64,000 bases of DNA from Malacoraja senta (taxonomy: Eukaryota). Made by a program: the position numbers and the translations under genes. Where the stretch lies: NCBI GenBank assembly GCA_038087875.1, contig JAXLNO010000051.1:744001-808000 (forward strand), written 5' to 3'. The notes under the pieces were generated by a model. The model was not told the DNA's origin and searched no databases. It saw nothing but the letters and a program-made list of their open reading frames with translations. This document shows positions 49,974 through 63,200 of this stretch, piece after piece (the first letter of the stretch is position 1; each line of letters begins with the position of its first letter).

Positions 49974-51873
49974 TAGAAACATTGAAACATAGAAAATAGG
50001 TGCAGGAGTAGGCCATTCGGCCCATCGAGCTTGCACCGCCATTCAATATGTTCATGGCTGATCATCCAACTCAGTATCCTGTACCTGCCTTCTCTCCATA
50101 CCCCCTGATACCTTTAGCCGCAATGTCCACATCTAACTCTCTCTTAAATATAGCCAATGAAATGGCCTCAACTACCTTCTGTGGCAGAGAATTCCAGAGA
50201 TTCACCACTCTCTGTGTGAAAAATGTTTTTCTCATCTCGGTCCTAAAATATTTCCCCCTTATCCTTAAACTGTGACCCCTTGTTCTGGACTTCCCCAACA
50301 TCGGGAACAATCTTCCTGCATCTAGCCTGTCCAACCCCTTAAGAACTTTGTAAGTTTATATAAGATCCCCCCTCAATCTTCTAAATTCTAGCGAGTACAA
50401 GCCGAGTCTATCCATTCTTTCTTCACATGAAAGTCCTGACATCCCAGGAATCAGTCTGGTGAACCTTCTCTGTACTCCCTCTATGGCAAGAATTTATTTC
50501 ATCAGATTTGGAGACCTAAACTGCACGCCATACTCCAGCTGTGGTCTCAACAAGACCCTGTACAACTGCAGTAGAACTTCCCTGCTCCTATACTCAAATC
50601 CTTTTGCTATGAATGCTAAAATACCATTCGCTTTCTTCGCTGCCTGCTGCACCTGCATGCCTACTTTCAATGACTGGTGAACCATGACACTCAGGTCTCG
50701 TTGCATCTCCCCTTTTCCTAATCGGCCACCATTCAGATACTAGTCTACATTCCTGTTTTTGCCACCAAAGTGGATAACCTAACATTTATCCACATTATAC
50801 TGCATCTGCCATGCATTTGCCCACTCACCCAGCCTATCCAAGTCACCTTGCAGCCTCCTAGCATCCTCCTCGCAGCTCACACTGCCCCCCAGCTTTGTGT
50901 CATCCGCAAACTTGGAGATGTTGCATTGAATTCACTCGTCCAAATCATCAACGTACATTGTAAATAGCTGGGGTCCCAGCACTGAGCCTTGCGGCACCCC
51001 ACTAGTCATTGCCTGCCATTCTGAAAAGGACCCGTTTACTCCTACTCTTTGCTTCCTGTCTGCCAGCCAGTTCTCAATCCACGTCAATACTGAACCCCCA
51101 ATACCGTGTGCTTTAAGTTTGTATTCTAATCTCTTGTGGGTCCTTGTCGAAAGCCTCCTGAAAGTCCAGATATAACATATCCTCTGGTTCTCCCTTATCC
51201 ACTCGACTAGTCACATCCTCGAAAAATTCTATAAGATTCGTCAGACATGATTTACCTTTCGTAAATCCATGCTGACTTTGTCCAATGATTTCACCACTTT
51301 CCAAATGCGCTGCTATCACATCTTTAATAACTGACTCAAGCAGTTTCCCCACTACCGATGTTAGAGTAACTAGTCTGTAATTCCCCGTTTTCTCTCTCCC
51401 TCCCTTTTTAAAAAGTTGGGTTACATTAGCTACCCTCCAATCCTCAGGAACGACTCCAGAATATAAAGTGTTTTGAAAAATTATCACTAAAGCATCCACT
51501 ATTTCTGGGGCTACTTCCTTAAGTACTCTGGGATGCAGCCTATCTGGCCCTGGGGATTTATCGGCCTTTAATCCATTCAATTTACCTAACACCACTTCCC
51601 GGCTAACCTGGATTTCACTCAGTTCCTCCATCTCATTAGACCCGCGGTCCCCTGCTATTTCCGGCAGATTATTTATGTCTTCCTTAGTGAAGACAGAACC
51701 AAAGTAGTTATTCAATTGGTCTGCCATGTCCTTGTTCCCCATGATCAATTCACCTGTTTCTGACTGCAAGGGACCTACATTTGTTTTAACTAATCTTTTT
51801 CTCTTTTGCAGTCAGTTTTTATATTCCGTGCCACTTTTCTTTCATAATCTATTTTCCCTTTGCTAATTAAGCC
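49974..51873 (-). mobile_element. CR1 LINE copy 3, 5'-truncated, degenerate RT fragment
   Basis: Collinear with copy 1 from the tail to about 13428. RT fragments in ORFs 50071-50334, 50494-50706 and 51113-51769, with stops and deletions. Confidence 0.95.
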
Positions 51874-51891
51874 TAATTTTTATAATTTTTA

Positions 51892-54800
51892 CACGCGAAA
51901 TTTTCGTCGCTTTTCATGTGCGGAATTTTCGTCACTTTTCGCGTGCTGAAATTTTGTTGCTTTATGCGTCCTGAGGTTTTGTCGCTTTTCACGCCCTGAA
52001 TTTACGTTGCTTTTCATGTGCTGAAAATTCGTCGCTTTACATGTGCTGAATTTTCGTCGCTTTAAGTGTGCTGATTTTTTTCGCTTTTCGCATGCTGTAT
52101 TTCGAATTCTGTTGCTTTTCCCGTGATTCATTTTCATCGCTTTACGCGTCCTGATGGTTCGTCGCTTTTCACGTCCTGAAGGTTCGTCGCTTTTCGCCTG
52201 CTAAATTTTCGTCACTTTTCGCGTGCTGAATTTACATCGCTTTTCATGTGCTGAATTTTCATCGCTTTTCGCGTGCTGTATTTTAGTCACTTTTTGCAAG
52301 CTGAATTTTCGGCACTTTACATGGGCTGAATTTTCGTCGCTTTTTATGTTCTGAAATTTTGTCAATTTTTGCTTGCTGAAATTTTGTCGCTTTTCACGTC
52401 CTGAAGGTTCGTCCCTTTACGTCTGCTGAATTTTTGTCACTTTTCGCGTGCTGAATTTCTGTCAATTTTCGTGCCCTGAAAGCTCGTCACTTTTAATGTG
52501 CTGAATTTTTCTCGCTTTTCGCAGGCTGAATTTTCGTTGATTTTCACGTGCTGCAATTTCGTCGCTTATCACGTCCTGAAATATTCGTCGCTATATGCGT
52601 GCAGAATTTTTGTCGCTTTTTGCATGCTTCATTTTCATCGCCTTTCACGTGCTTCATTTTCATCACTTTTCACGTTCTGAAGCTTCATTGCTTTTTGCAT
52701 GCTGAAGTTTCGTCGCTTTTTGCATCCTGAATTAACGTCGCTTTAGTGTGCTGAATTTTTGTCACCTTTCACTTGCCGAATATCCGTCACTCTTCGCGTG
52801 CTTCATTTTCATCACTTTTTGCACCCTGAATGTTTGTCACTTTTCGCATGCAGAATTTTTGTCGCATTTTGCATGCTGAATTTTCGTCGCTTTTCACGTT
52901 CTGAAATTTCGTCACTTTTCCCGTGCGGAATTTTCGTCACTTTATGTCGCTTTATGCAGAATTTTTGTTGCTTTTTGCGTGCTGAATTTTCGTTGCTTTT
53001 CACGTTTGTCACTTTTCTCGTGCGGAATTTTCGTCGCTTTATGTGTCCTGATGTTTTGTTGGGTTCCGCGTGCTGAATTTTAGTCGCTTTTTGTGTGCTG
53101 AAATTTCATCGCTTTTCGTGTGCTGATATTTCGTCGCTTTTCACGTCCTGAAATTTAGTCACTTTTGGCGTGCTGAATTTTCGTTGCTTTTCACGTACTG
53201 AAGGATTGTCACTTTTAGTCGTCCTGAAGGATCGTTGCTTTTCGCATGCTGAATTTTTGTCTCCGTATTCGTCCCGATATTACGTCGCTTTTCACGTGCT
53301 GAATGTTTGTCGCTTTTCGCATGCTGAATTTTCGTCGCTTTTTGCGTGCTTCATTTTCATCGCTTTTCGTGTCTTGAAGGTTCGTCGCATATCGCATGCT
53401 GAATTTTCGTCGCTTTACGCATGCTTAATTATCGTCGCTTTTTGTGTGATAAATTATCGTCGCTTTTAACGTTATGAAATTTAGTCACTTTTCGCGTGCG
53501 GAATTTCCGTCGCTTTTTGCCTCCTGAAGGTTTGTCGCTTTACGCGTGCTGAATTTTTGTCACTTTCACAATGGTGAATTTTCGTTGGTTTTAACGTCCT
53601 GAAGGTTCCTCTCCTTTTTCGCGTGCTGAATTTTTGTCGCTTTTCGCATGCTGAATTTCCATCGCTTTTCATGTGCTGAAATTTCGCCGCATTACACGTT
53701 CTGAAATTTCGTCGCTTTATGCGTCCTGTAATTTCGTCACTTTTCGCCTGCTGAATTTTCGTCGCTTTTTGTGTACTGAAATTTCGGCGTTTTCGTGTGC
53801 TGATATTACGTCGCTTTGCACATCTTGAAATTTCGTCGCTGTATTTGTCCTCATATTACGTCGCTTTACGCGTGCTGAATTTTTGTCACTTTACGCGTGC
53901 TGAATTTTCGTTGGTTTTCATGTCCTGAAGGATCATCGCTTTTCACATGCTGAGAGTTCGTCGCTTTTCGCATGGTGAATTTTCGTCGCTTTTAGTATGC
54001 TAAAATTTTGTCGCTTTTCAAGTCCTGCAATTTCATCACTTTTCGCGTGATGAATTTTCGTTGATTTTCGTGTGCTCAATTTACGTCGCTTTTCATGTTC
54101 TGAAATTTCGTCGCTTTTTGCGTGCTGAATTTTCGTCACTTTTCATGTGCTGATATTTCATCGCTTTTCACGTCCTGAAATTTCGTCACTTTAGGCGTGC
54201 TGAAATTTTGTCGCTTTTCGCGTGCTCAATTTTCATCACTTTTCACGTGCTGAATTATCTTCGCTTTTCGTGTCCTGAGGGTTCGTCACGTTTAACGTGC
54301 AGAATTTTCGTCGCTTTTCGCATGCTGAATTTTCGTCATTTTCCGCGTGCTGAAATTTCGTCGCCTTTCATGCCCTGAAATTTCGTCGCCTTTCACGTCC
54401 TCAAATTTCGTCGCTTTTCACGTCCTGAAATTTCGTCGCTTTATTCGTCCTGATATTACGTCGCTTTTCGCGTGCTGAATTTTTGTTGCTTTTTGCATGC
54501 TGGATTTTCATCGCTTTTCGCTTGCAAAATTTTCGTCACTTTTCACGTTCTGAAATTAAGTCACTTTTCGCGTGCGGAATTTCCATTGCTTTCGTGTCCT
54601 GAAGGTTTGTCACTTTTCGCGTGCTGAAATTTCGTCACTTTACGCCTGCTGAATTTTCGTTGGTTTTCATATGCAGAATTTTCTTCGATTTTCTTATGTT
54701 GAAATTTCGCCGCTTTTCATGTTCTGAAATTTCGCCGCTTTTCACGTTCTGAAATTTCGTCGTTTTATGCGTCCTGATGTTTCGTCGTTTTATGCGTCCT

Positions 54801-57800
54801 GATTTCGTCGCTTTCCGCATGCTAAATTTTCGTCGCTTTTCGTGTGCTGAAATTTTGGCGCTTTTCGTGTGCTGAAATTTCGTCGCTTTTCATGTTCTGA
54901 AATTTCGTCGCTTTATGCGTCCTGTAATTTCGTCGCGTTTCACATGCTGAATTTTAGTCACTTTTCGCGTGCTGAAATTTTGTAGCTTTTCGCATGGTGA
55001 ATTTTCGTCGCTTTTATTATGCTGAAATTTCGTCGCTTTTCACATCCTGAAATGTAGTCACTTTTCGCAAGCTGAATTTTCCTCGCTTTTCGCGTGCTTA
55101 ATTTTTGTCGCTTTTCATGTTCTGAAATCTCGCCACTTTTTGCGTGCTGAATTTTCGTCACTTTTCGTGTGCTGATATTTCATCGCTTTTCAAGTCCTGA
55201 AATTTCGTCACTTTTGGCGTGATGAATTTTTTTCACTTTTCGCGTGCTGAATTTTCGTCGCTTTTCACGTCCTGAAGGTTTGTCGCTTAACGTGTGCTGA
55301 ATTTTTGTCACTTTACGCGTACTGAATTTTTGTTGGTATTAACGTCCTGAAGGTTCCTCTCTTTTCGCCTGCTGAAATTTTGCCGCTTTTCATGTTCTGA
55401 AATTTCGTCGCTTTCTGCGTCCTGTAATTTCATCACTTTTCGCATGCTGAATTTTCGTCGCTTTTTGTGTACTGAAATTTCGGCGCATTCCGTGTGCTGA
55501 TATTTCGTCGCTTTTCACATCCTGAAATTTCATCACTTTTGGCGTGCTGAATTTTCGTCGCTGTTCAAGTCCTGAAGGATCGTCGCTTTTCGCGTGCTGA
55601 AATTTGGTCCTTTTCACATGGCGAATTTTAGTCGCTTTTAGTATGCTGAAATGTCGTCGCTTTTCACGTCCTGAAATGTCATCACTTTTCGCATGCTGAA
55701 TTTTCGTCAGTTTTCGTGTGCTAATATTTCGTCTCTTTTCACGTCCTGAAATTTCGTCACTTTTGGTGTGCTGAATTTTCATTGCTTTTCAAGTCCTGAA
55801 GGATCGTCGCTTTTCGCGTGCTGAAATTTCGTCGCTTTTCGCATGGTGAATTTTCGTCGCTTTTAGTATGCTGAAATTTCATCGCTTTTCACGTCCTGAA
55901 ATGTCATCACTTTTCGCGTGCTGAATTTTCGTTGCTTTCCGCGTGCTTAATTTTCGTCGCTTTTCATGTTCTTAAATTTCGTCACTTTTTGCGTGCTGAA
56001 CATTCGTCGCTTTTCATGTGCTGATATTTCGTCGCTTTTCTCGTCCTGAAATTTCGTCACTTTTGGCGTGCTGAATTTTTGTCACTTTTCGCGTGCTGAA
56101 TTTTCGTCACTTTTCACGTGCTGAATTATCGTCGCTTGTGAAGGTTCGTCACTTTTCACGTACTGAATTTTCATCGCTTTTCACAGGCTGAATTTTCGTC
56201 GCTTTACGCGTGTTGAATTTTTGTCACTTTACGCATGCAGAATTTTCGTTGGTTTTAAAGTCCTGGTTCCTCACTTTTCGCGTGCTGAATATTCGTCGCT
56301 TTTCGCATGCTGAATTTCCGTTGCTTTTCATGTGCTGAAATTTTGTAGCTTTTCTCGTTTCGAAATTTCGTCACTTTATGCGTCCTGATGTTTCATCGCT
56401 TCATGCGTCCTGATGTTTCGTTGCTTTTCACATGCTGAATTTTCATCACTTTTTGTGTGCTGAAATTTCGGCGCTTTTTGTGTGCTGATATTTCGTCACT
56501 TTTCACGTCCTGAAATTTCGTCACTTTTGGCGTGCTGAATTTTCGTTGGTTTTCGCATGGTGAATTTTCGTCGCTTTTCGCAGGCTGAAATTTCGCCGCC
56601 TTTGATGTCCTGAAATTTCGTCGCCTTTAACGTCCTGAAATTTCGTCGCTTTATTCATCCTGATATTTCGTCACTTTATTCGTCCTGATATTACATCGCT
56701 TTTCGCGTGCTGAATGTTTGTTGCTTTTTGCATGCTGAAGTTTCGTCGCTTTTCGTGTGCTAAATTTTCGTCGCTTTTCACGTTCTGAAATTTAGTCACC
56801 TTTCGTGTGCGGAATTTTCAGCGCTTTTCACGTCCTGAAGGTTTGTCGCTTAACGTGTGCTGAATTTTTGTCACTTTACGCGTACTGAATTTTTGTTGGT
56901 ATTAACGTCCTGAAGGTTCCTCTCTTTTCGCCTGCTGAAATTTCGCCGCTTTTCAAGTTCAGAAATTTCGTCGCTTTCTGCGTCCTGTATTTTCATCACT
57001 TTTCGCATGCTGAATTTTCGTCGCTTTTTGTGTACTGAAATTTCGGCGCATTTCGTGTGCTGATATTTCGTCGCTTTTCACATCCTGAAATTTCATCACT
57101 TTTGGCGTGCTGAATTTTCGTTGCTTTTCAAGTCCTGAAGGATCGTCGCTTTTCGCGTGCTGAAATGTTATCCTTTTCACATGGTGAATTTTAGTCGCTT
57201 TTAGTATGCTGAAATTTCGGCGCTTTTCACGTCCTGAAATGTCATCACTTTTCGCGTGCTGAATTTTCGTCAGTTTTCGTGTGGTAATATTTCATCACTT
57301 TTCACATCCTGAAATTTCGTCACTTATGGCGTGCTGAATTTTCATTGCTTTTCAAGTCCTGAAGGATCGTCGCTTTTCACGTGCTGAAATGTCGTCGCTT
57401 TTCACATGGTGAATTTTCGTCGCTTTTAGTATGCTGAAATTTCGTCGCTTTTCACGTCCTGAAATGTCATCACTTTTCGCGTGCTGAATTTTCGTCACTT
57501 TCCGCGTGCTTAATTTTCGTCGCTTTTCATGTTCTTAAATTTCGTCACTTTTTGCGTGCTGAATATTCATCGCTTTTCATGTGCTGATATTTTGTCGCTT
57601 TTCACGTCCTGAAATTTCGTCACTTTTGTCATGCTGAATTGTTGTCGCTTTTCGCGTGCTGAAATTTCGTCCCTTTTCACGTGCTCAATTATCGTCGCTT
57701 TTGAAGGTTCGTCACTTTTCACGTGCTGAATTTTCATCGCTTTTCACAGGCTGAATTTTCGTCGCTTTACGCGTGTTGAATTTTTGTCACTTTACGCGTG

Positions 57801-58338
57801 CAGTATTTTCGTTGGTTTTAAAGTCCTGGTTCCTCTCTTTTCGCGTGCTGAATATTCGTCGCTTTTCGCATGCTGAATTTCCGTTGCTTTTCATGTGCTG
57901 AAATTTTGTAGCTTTTCTCGTTTCCAAATTTCGTCGCTTTATGCGTACTGATGTTTCATCGCTTCATGCGTCCTGATGTTTCGTTGCTTTTCACATGCTG
58001 AATTTTTGTCACTTTTCACGTGCTGAATTTTCGTCACTTTTCACGTTCTGAAGTTTCGTCACTTTCCGCGTGCTGAATTTTCGTCGCTTTTCACATCCTG
58101 AAGATTTGACGCTTCTCGCCTGCTGAATTTTCGTACAATTGAGCGTGCTTCATTTTCGTCACTTTTCGCGTGCTTCATTTTCATCGCTTTTCGCATCCTG
58201 AATGTTCATCGCTTTTCACATGCTGAATCTTCATCGCTTTTTGCGTGCTGAATTTTCATGGCTTTTCACGTACGGAAATTTCATCGCTTTTCGCGTGCTG
58301 AATGTTCGTCGCTTTTCGTGTGCTGAATTTTCATCGCT
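51892..58338. repeat. 25-bp tandem satellite array, block 4
   Basis: Same monomer and orientation. Confidence 0.97.
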
Positions 58339-60236
58339 TAGAAACATTGAAACATAGAAAATAGGTGCAGGAGTAGGCCATTCGGCCCATCGAGCTTGCA
58401 CCGCCATTCAATATGTTCATGGCTGATCATCCAACTCAGTATCCTGTACCTGCCTTCTCTCCATACCCCCTGATACCTTTAGCCGCAATGTCCACATCTA
58501 ACTCTCTCTTAAATATAGCCAATGAAATGGCCTCAACTACCTTCTGTGGCAGAGAATTCCAGAGATTCACCACTCTGTGTGAAAAATGTTTTTTTCATCT
58601 CGGTCCTAAAATATTTCCCCCTTATCCTTAAACTGTGACCCCTTGTTCTGGACTTCCCCAACATTGGGAACAATCTTCCTGCATCTAGCCTGTCCAACCC
58701 CTTAAGAATTTTGTAAGTTTATATAAGATCCCCCCTCAATCTTCTAAATTCTAGCGAGTACAAGCCGAGTCTATCCAGTCTTTCTTCACATGAAAGTCCT
58801 GACATCCCAGGAATCAGTCTGGTGAACCTTCTCTGTACTCCGTCTATGGCAAGAATGTATTTCCTCAGATTTGGAGACCTAAACTGCACGCCATACTCCA
58901 GCTGTGGTCTCAACAAGACCCTGTACAACTGCAGTAGAACTTCCCTGCTCCTATACTCAAATCCTTTTGCTATGAATGCTAAAATACCATTCGCTTTCTT
59001 CGCTGCCTGCTGCACCTGCATGCCTACTTTCAATGACTGGTGAACCATGACACTCAGGTCTCGTTGCATCTCCCCTTTTCCTAATCGGCCACCATTCAGA
59101 TAATAGTCTACATTCCTGTTTTTGCCACCAAAGTGGATAACCTCACATTTATCCACATTATACTGCATCTGCCATGCATTTGCGCACTCACCCAGCCTAT
59201 CCAAGTCACCTTGCAGCCGCCTAGCATCCTCCTCACAGCTCACACTGCCCCCCAGCTTTGTGTCATCCGCAAACTTGGAGATGTTGCATTGAATTCCCTC
59301 GTCCAAATCATCAATCTACATTGTAAATAGCTGGGGTCCCAGCACTGAGCCTTGCGGTACCCCACTAGTCATTGCCTGCCATTCTGAAAAGGACCCGTTT
59401 ACTCCTACGCTTTGCTTCCTGTCTGCCAGCCAGTTCTCAATCCACGTCAATACTGAACCCCCAATACCGTGTGCTTTAAGTTTGTATACTAATCTCTTGT
59501 GGGTCCTTGTCGAAAGCCTCCTGAAAGTCCAGATATAACATATCCATTGGTTCTCCCTTATCCACTCGACTAGTCACATCCTCGAAAAATTCTGTAAGAT
59601 TCGTCAGACATGATTTACCTTTCGTAAATCCATGCTGACTTTGTCCAATGATTTCACCACTTTCCAAATGCGCTGCTATCTCATCTTTAATAACTGACTC
59701 AAGCAGTTTCCCCACTACCGATGTTAGAGTAACTAGTCTGTAATTCCCCGTTTTCTCTCTCCCTCCCTTTTTAAAAAGTTGGGTTACATTAGCGACCCTC
59801 CAATCCTCAGGAACGACTCCAGAATATAAAGTGTTTTGAAAAATTATCACTAAAGCATCCACTATTTCTGGGGCTACTTCCTTAAGTACTCTGGGATGCA
59901 GCCTATCTGGCCCTGGAGATTTATCGGCCTTTAATCCATTCAATTTACCTAACACCACTTCCCGGCTAATCTGGATTTCACTCAGTTCCTCCATCTCATT
60001 TGACCCGCGGTCCCCTGCTATTTCCGGCAGATTATTTATGTCTTCCTTAGTGAAGACAGAACCAAAGTAGTTATTCAATTGGTCTGCCATGTCCTTGTAC
60101 CCCATGATCAATTCACCTGTTTCTGACTGCAAGGGACCTACATTTGTTTTAACTAATCTTTTTCTCTTTTGCGGTCAGTTTTTATATTCCGTGCCACTTT
60201 TCTTTCATAATCTATTTTCCCTTTGATAATTAAGCC
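58339..60236 (-). mobile_element. CR1 LINE copy 4, segmental duplicate of copy 3
   Basis: Same 3' junction (CATCGCT|TAGAAACATTGAAACATAG), same truncation point and filler, same deletions and matching flanks, offset 8363-8365 bp. Confidence 0.95.
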
Positions 60237-60254
60237 TAATTTTTATAATTTTTA

Positions 60255-63200
60255 CACGCGGAATTTTCGTCGCTTTTCATGTGCGGAATTTTCGTCACTT
60301 TTCGCGTGCTGAAATTTTGTTGCTTTATGCGTCCTGAGGTTTTGTCGCTTTTCACGCCCTGAATTTACGTTGCTTTTCATGTGCTGAAAATTCGTCGCTT
60401 TACATGTGCTGAATTTTCGTCGCTTTAAGTGTGCTGATTTCTTTCGCTTTTCGCATGCTGTTTTTCGCATTGTGTTGCTTTTCCCGTGATTCATTTTCAT
60501 CGCTTTACGCGTCCTGAAGGTTCGTCGCTTTTCACGTCCTGAAGGTTCGTCGCTTTTCGCCTGCTAAATTTTCGTCACTTTTCATGTGCTGAATTTTCAT
60601 CGCTTTTCGCGTGCTGTATTTTAGTAGCTTTTCGCAAGCTGAATTTTCGGCACTTTTCATGTGCTGAATTTTCGTCGCGTTTCATGTTCTGAAATTTTGT
60701 CAATTTTTGCTTGAGAAATGTTGTCGCTTTTCACGTCCTGAAGGTTCGTCCCTTTTCGTCTGCTGAATTTTCGTTACTTTTCGCGTGCTGAATTTCCATC
60801 AATTTTCGTGTCCTGAAATCTCGTCACTTTTAATGTGCTGAATTTTTCTCGCTTTTCGCAGGCTGAATTTTCGTTGATTTTCACGTGCTGCAATTTCGTC
60901 GCTTATCACGTCCTGAAATATTCGTCGCTATATGCGTGCAGAATTTTTGTCGCTTTTTGCATGCTGAATTTTCGTCCCCTTTTGCATGCTTCATTTTCAT
61001 CGCCTTTCGCGTGCTTCATTTTCATCACTTTTCGCGTTCTGAAGCTTCATCGCTTTTCGCATGCTGAAGTTTCGTTGCTTTTCGCGTCCTGAATTAACAT
61101 TGCTTTAGTGTGCTGAATTTTTGTCACCTTTCACTAGCCGAATATCCGTCACTCTTCGCGTGCTTCATTTTCATCACTTTTTGCACCGTGAATGTTTGTC
61201 ACTTTTCGTATGCTGAATTATCGTCGCTTTTCGCATGCATAATTTTTGTCGCATTTTGCATGCTGAATTTTCATCGCTTTTCACGTTCTGAAATTTTGTC
61301 ACTTTTCCCGTGCGGAGTTTTCGTCACTTTATGTCGCTTTATGCAGAATTTTTGTTGCTTTTTGCGTGCTGAATTTTCGTCGCTTTTCACGTTTGTCACT
61401 TTTCTCGTGTGGAATTTTCATCGCTTTATGTGTCCTGATGTTTTCTTGGGTTTCGCGTGCTGAATTTACGGTGCTTTTCACGTTCTCAAATTTCATCACT
61501 TTACGCGTGCTGAATTTTCGTTGCTTTTCGCATCCTGAAGGTTCGTCGCCTTTTGCCTGCTGAATTGTCATCACTTTTCGTGTGCTGAATTTTGGTCGCT
61601 TTTCGCGTGTTGAATTTCCGTTGCTTTTCAAGTCCTGAAGGTTTGTCGCTTAACACCTGTTGAATATTTGTCGCTTTTCGCATGCTCAATTTTTGTAGCT
61701 TTTTGCATGCTGAAATTTCGTACAATTCCACGTGCATCATTTCCGTCACATTTCGAGTGCTTCATTTTCACCGCTTTTTGCAGGCGGAATTTTCGTCGCT
61801 TTTCACGTGCTAAATTTCCATCGCTTTTCATGTCCTGAAGGTTCGTCGCTTTTCATGTGCTGAATTTTCATGGCTTTTCATGTCCTGAAGGTTCGTCGCT
61901 TATCGCATGCTGAATTTTCGTCACTTTTTGCGTGCTGAATGTTTGTCGCTTTTCGCGTGCTGAATTTACGTCACTTTTCGCATGCTGAATTTTCGTCGCT
62001 TTATGCGTGCTTCATTTTCATCACTTTTCGCATGCTGAAGGTTCGTCGCTTTTCGCATACAGAATTTTCGTCGTGTTTCACGTTCTGAAATTTTGTCACT
62101 TTTCGCGTGCTGAATTTTCGTCGCTTTTCACCTGCTGAATTTTCGTCACTTTTCTCGTGCTGAATTTTCGTCGATTTTCGTGTCCTGAAAGCTCGTCACT
62201 TTTCACGTGCTGAATTTTTGTCGCTTTTCGCAGGCTGTATTTTCGTCGATTTTTGCATGCTGAATTTTCGTCGCATTTCGCGTGCTTCATTTTCATCGCT
62301 TTACGCGTCCTGAAGGCTTGTCGCTTTTCACATGCTGAATTTTCGTCACTTTTCACATGCTGAAATTTCGTCACTTTTCACGACCTGAAATTTTGTCGCT
62401 TTATGCGACCTGAGGTTTTGTCGCCTTTCACGTCCTGAATTTACATTGCTTTTCATGTGCTGAATTTTCATCGCTTTACGTATGCTGAATTTTTGTTGCT
62501 TTTCGCATGCCGAATTTTCGTCGCTTTTCCCGTGCTTCATTTTCATCACTTTTCGCATCCTCAAGGTTCGTCGCTTTTCGCATGCTGAATTTTTGTTGAA
62601 TTTCGCATGCTGAATTTTCGTCACTTTTCGCGAGCTGAATTGTTGTCGCTTTTCATGTTCTGAAATGTCTTCACATTTCACGTGATGAATTTTCATTGCT
62701 TTTCTTGTCCTGAAGGTTCGTCGCTTTTCACGTGCTGAATGTTCATTGCTTTTCATGTCCTGAAGGTTTGTCGCTTTTCGCATGCTGAATTTTCATCGCT
62801 TTTCGCATGCTGAATTTTCGTCGCTTTTCGCGTGCAGAATTTTCGTTGGTTTTAAAGTCCTGGTTCCTCACTTTTCGCGTGCTGAATATTCGTCGCTTTT
62901 CGCATGCTGAATTTCCGTTGTTTTTCATGTGCTGAAATGTTGTAGCTTTTCTCGTTTCGAAATTTCGTCACTTTATGCGTCCTGATGTTTCATCACTTCA
63001 TGCGTCCTGATGTTTCGTTGCTTTTCACATGCTGAATTTTCGTCGCTTTTTGTGTGCTGAAATTTCGGCGCTTTATGTGTGCTGATATTCCGTCACTTTT
63101 CACGTCCTGAAATTTCGTCACTTTTGGCGTGCTGAATTTTCGTCGGTTTTCGCATGGTGAATTTTAGTCGCTTTTCACAGGTGAAATTTTGCCGCCTTTG

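Noticed and set aside
58339..60236. Copy 4 as an independent, site-specific CR1 insertion
   Set aside because: Identical truncation point, filler, inactivating mutations and kilobases of shared flank show DNA-level duplication of copy 3.
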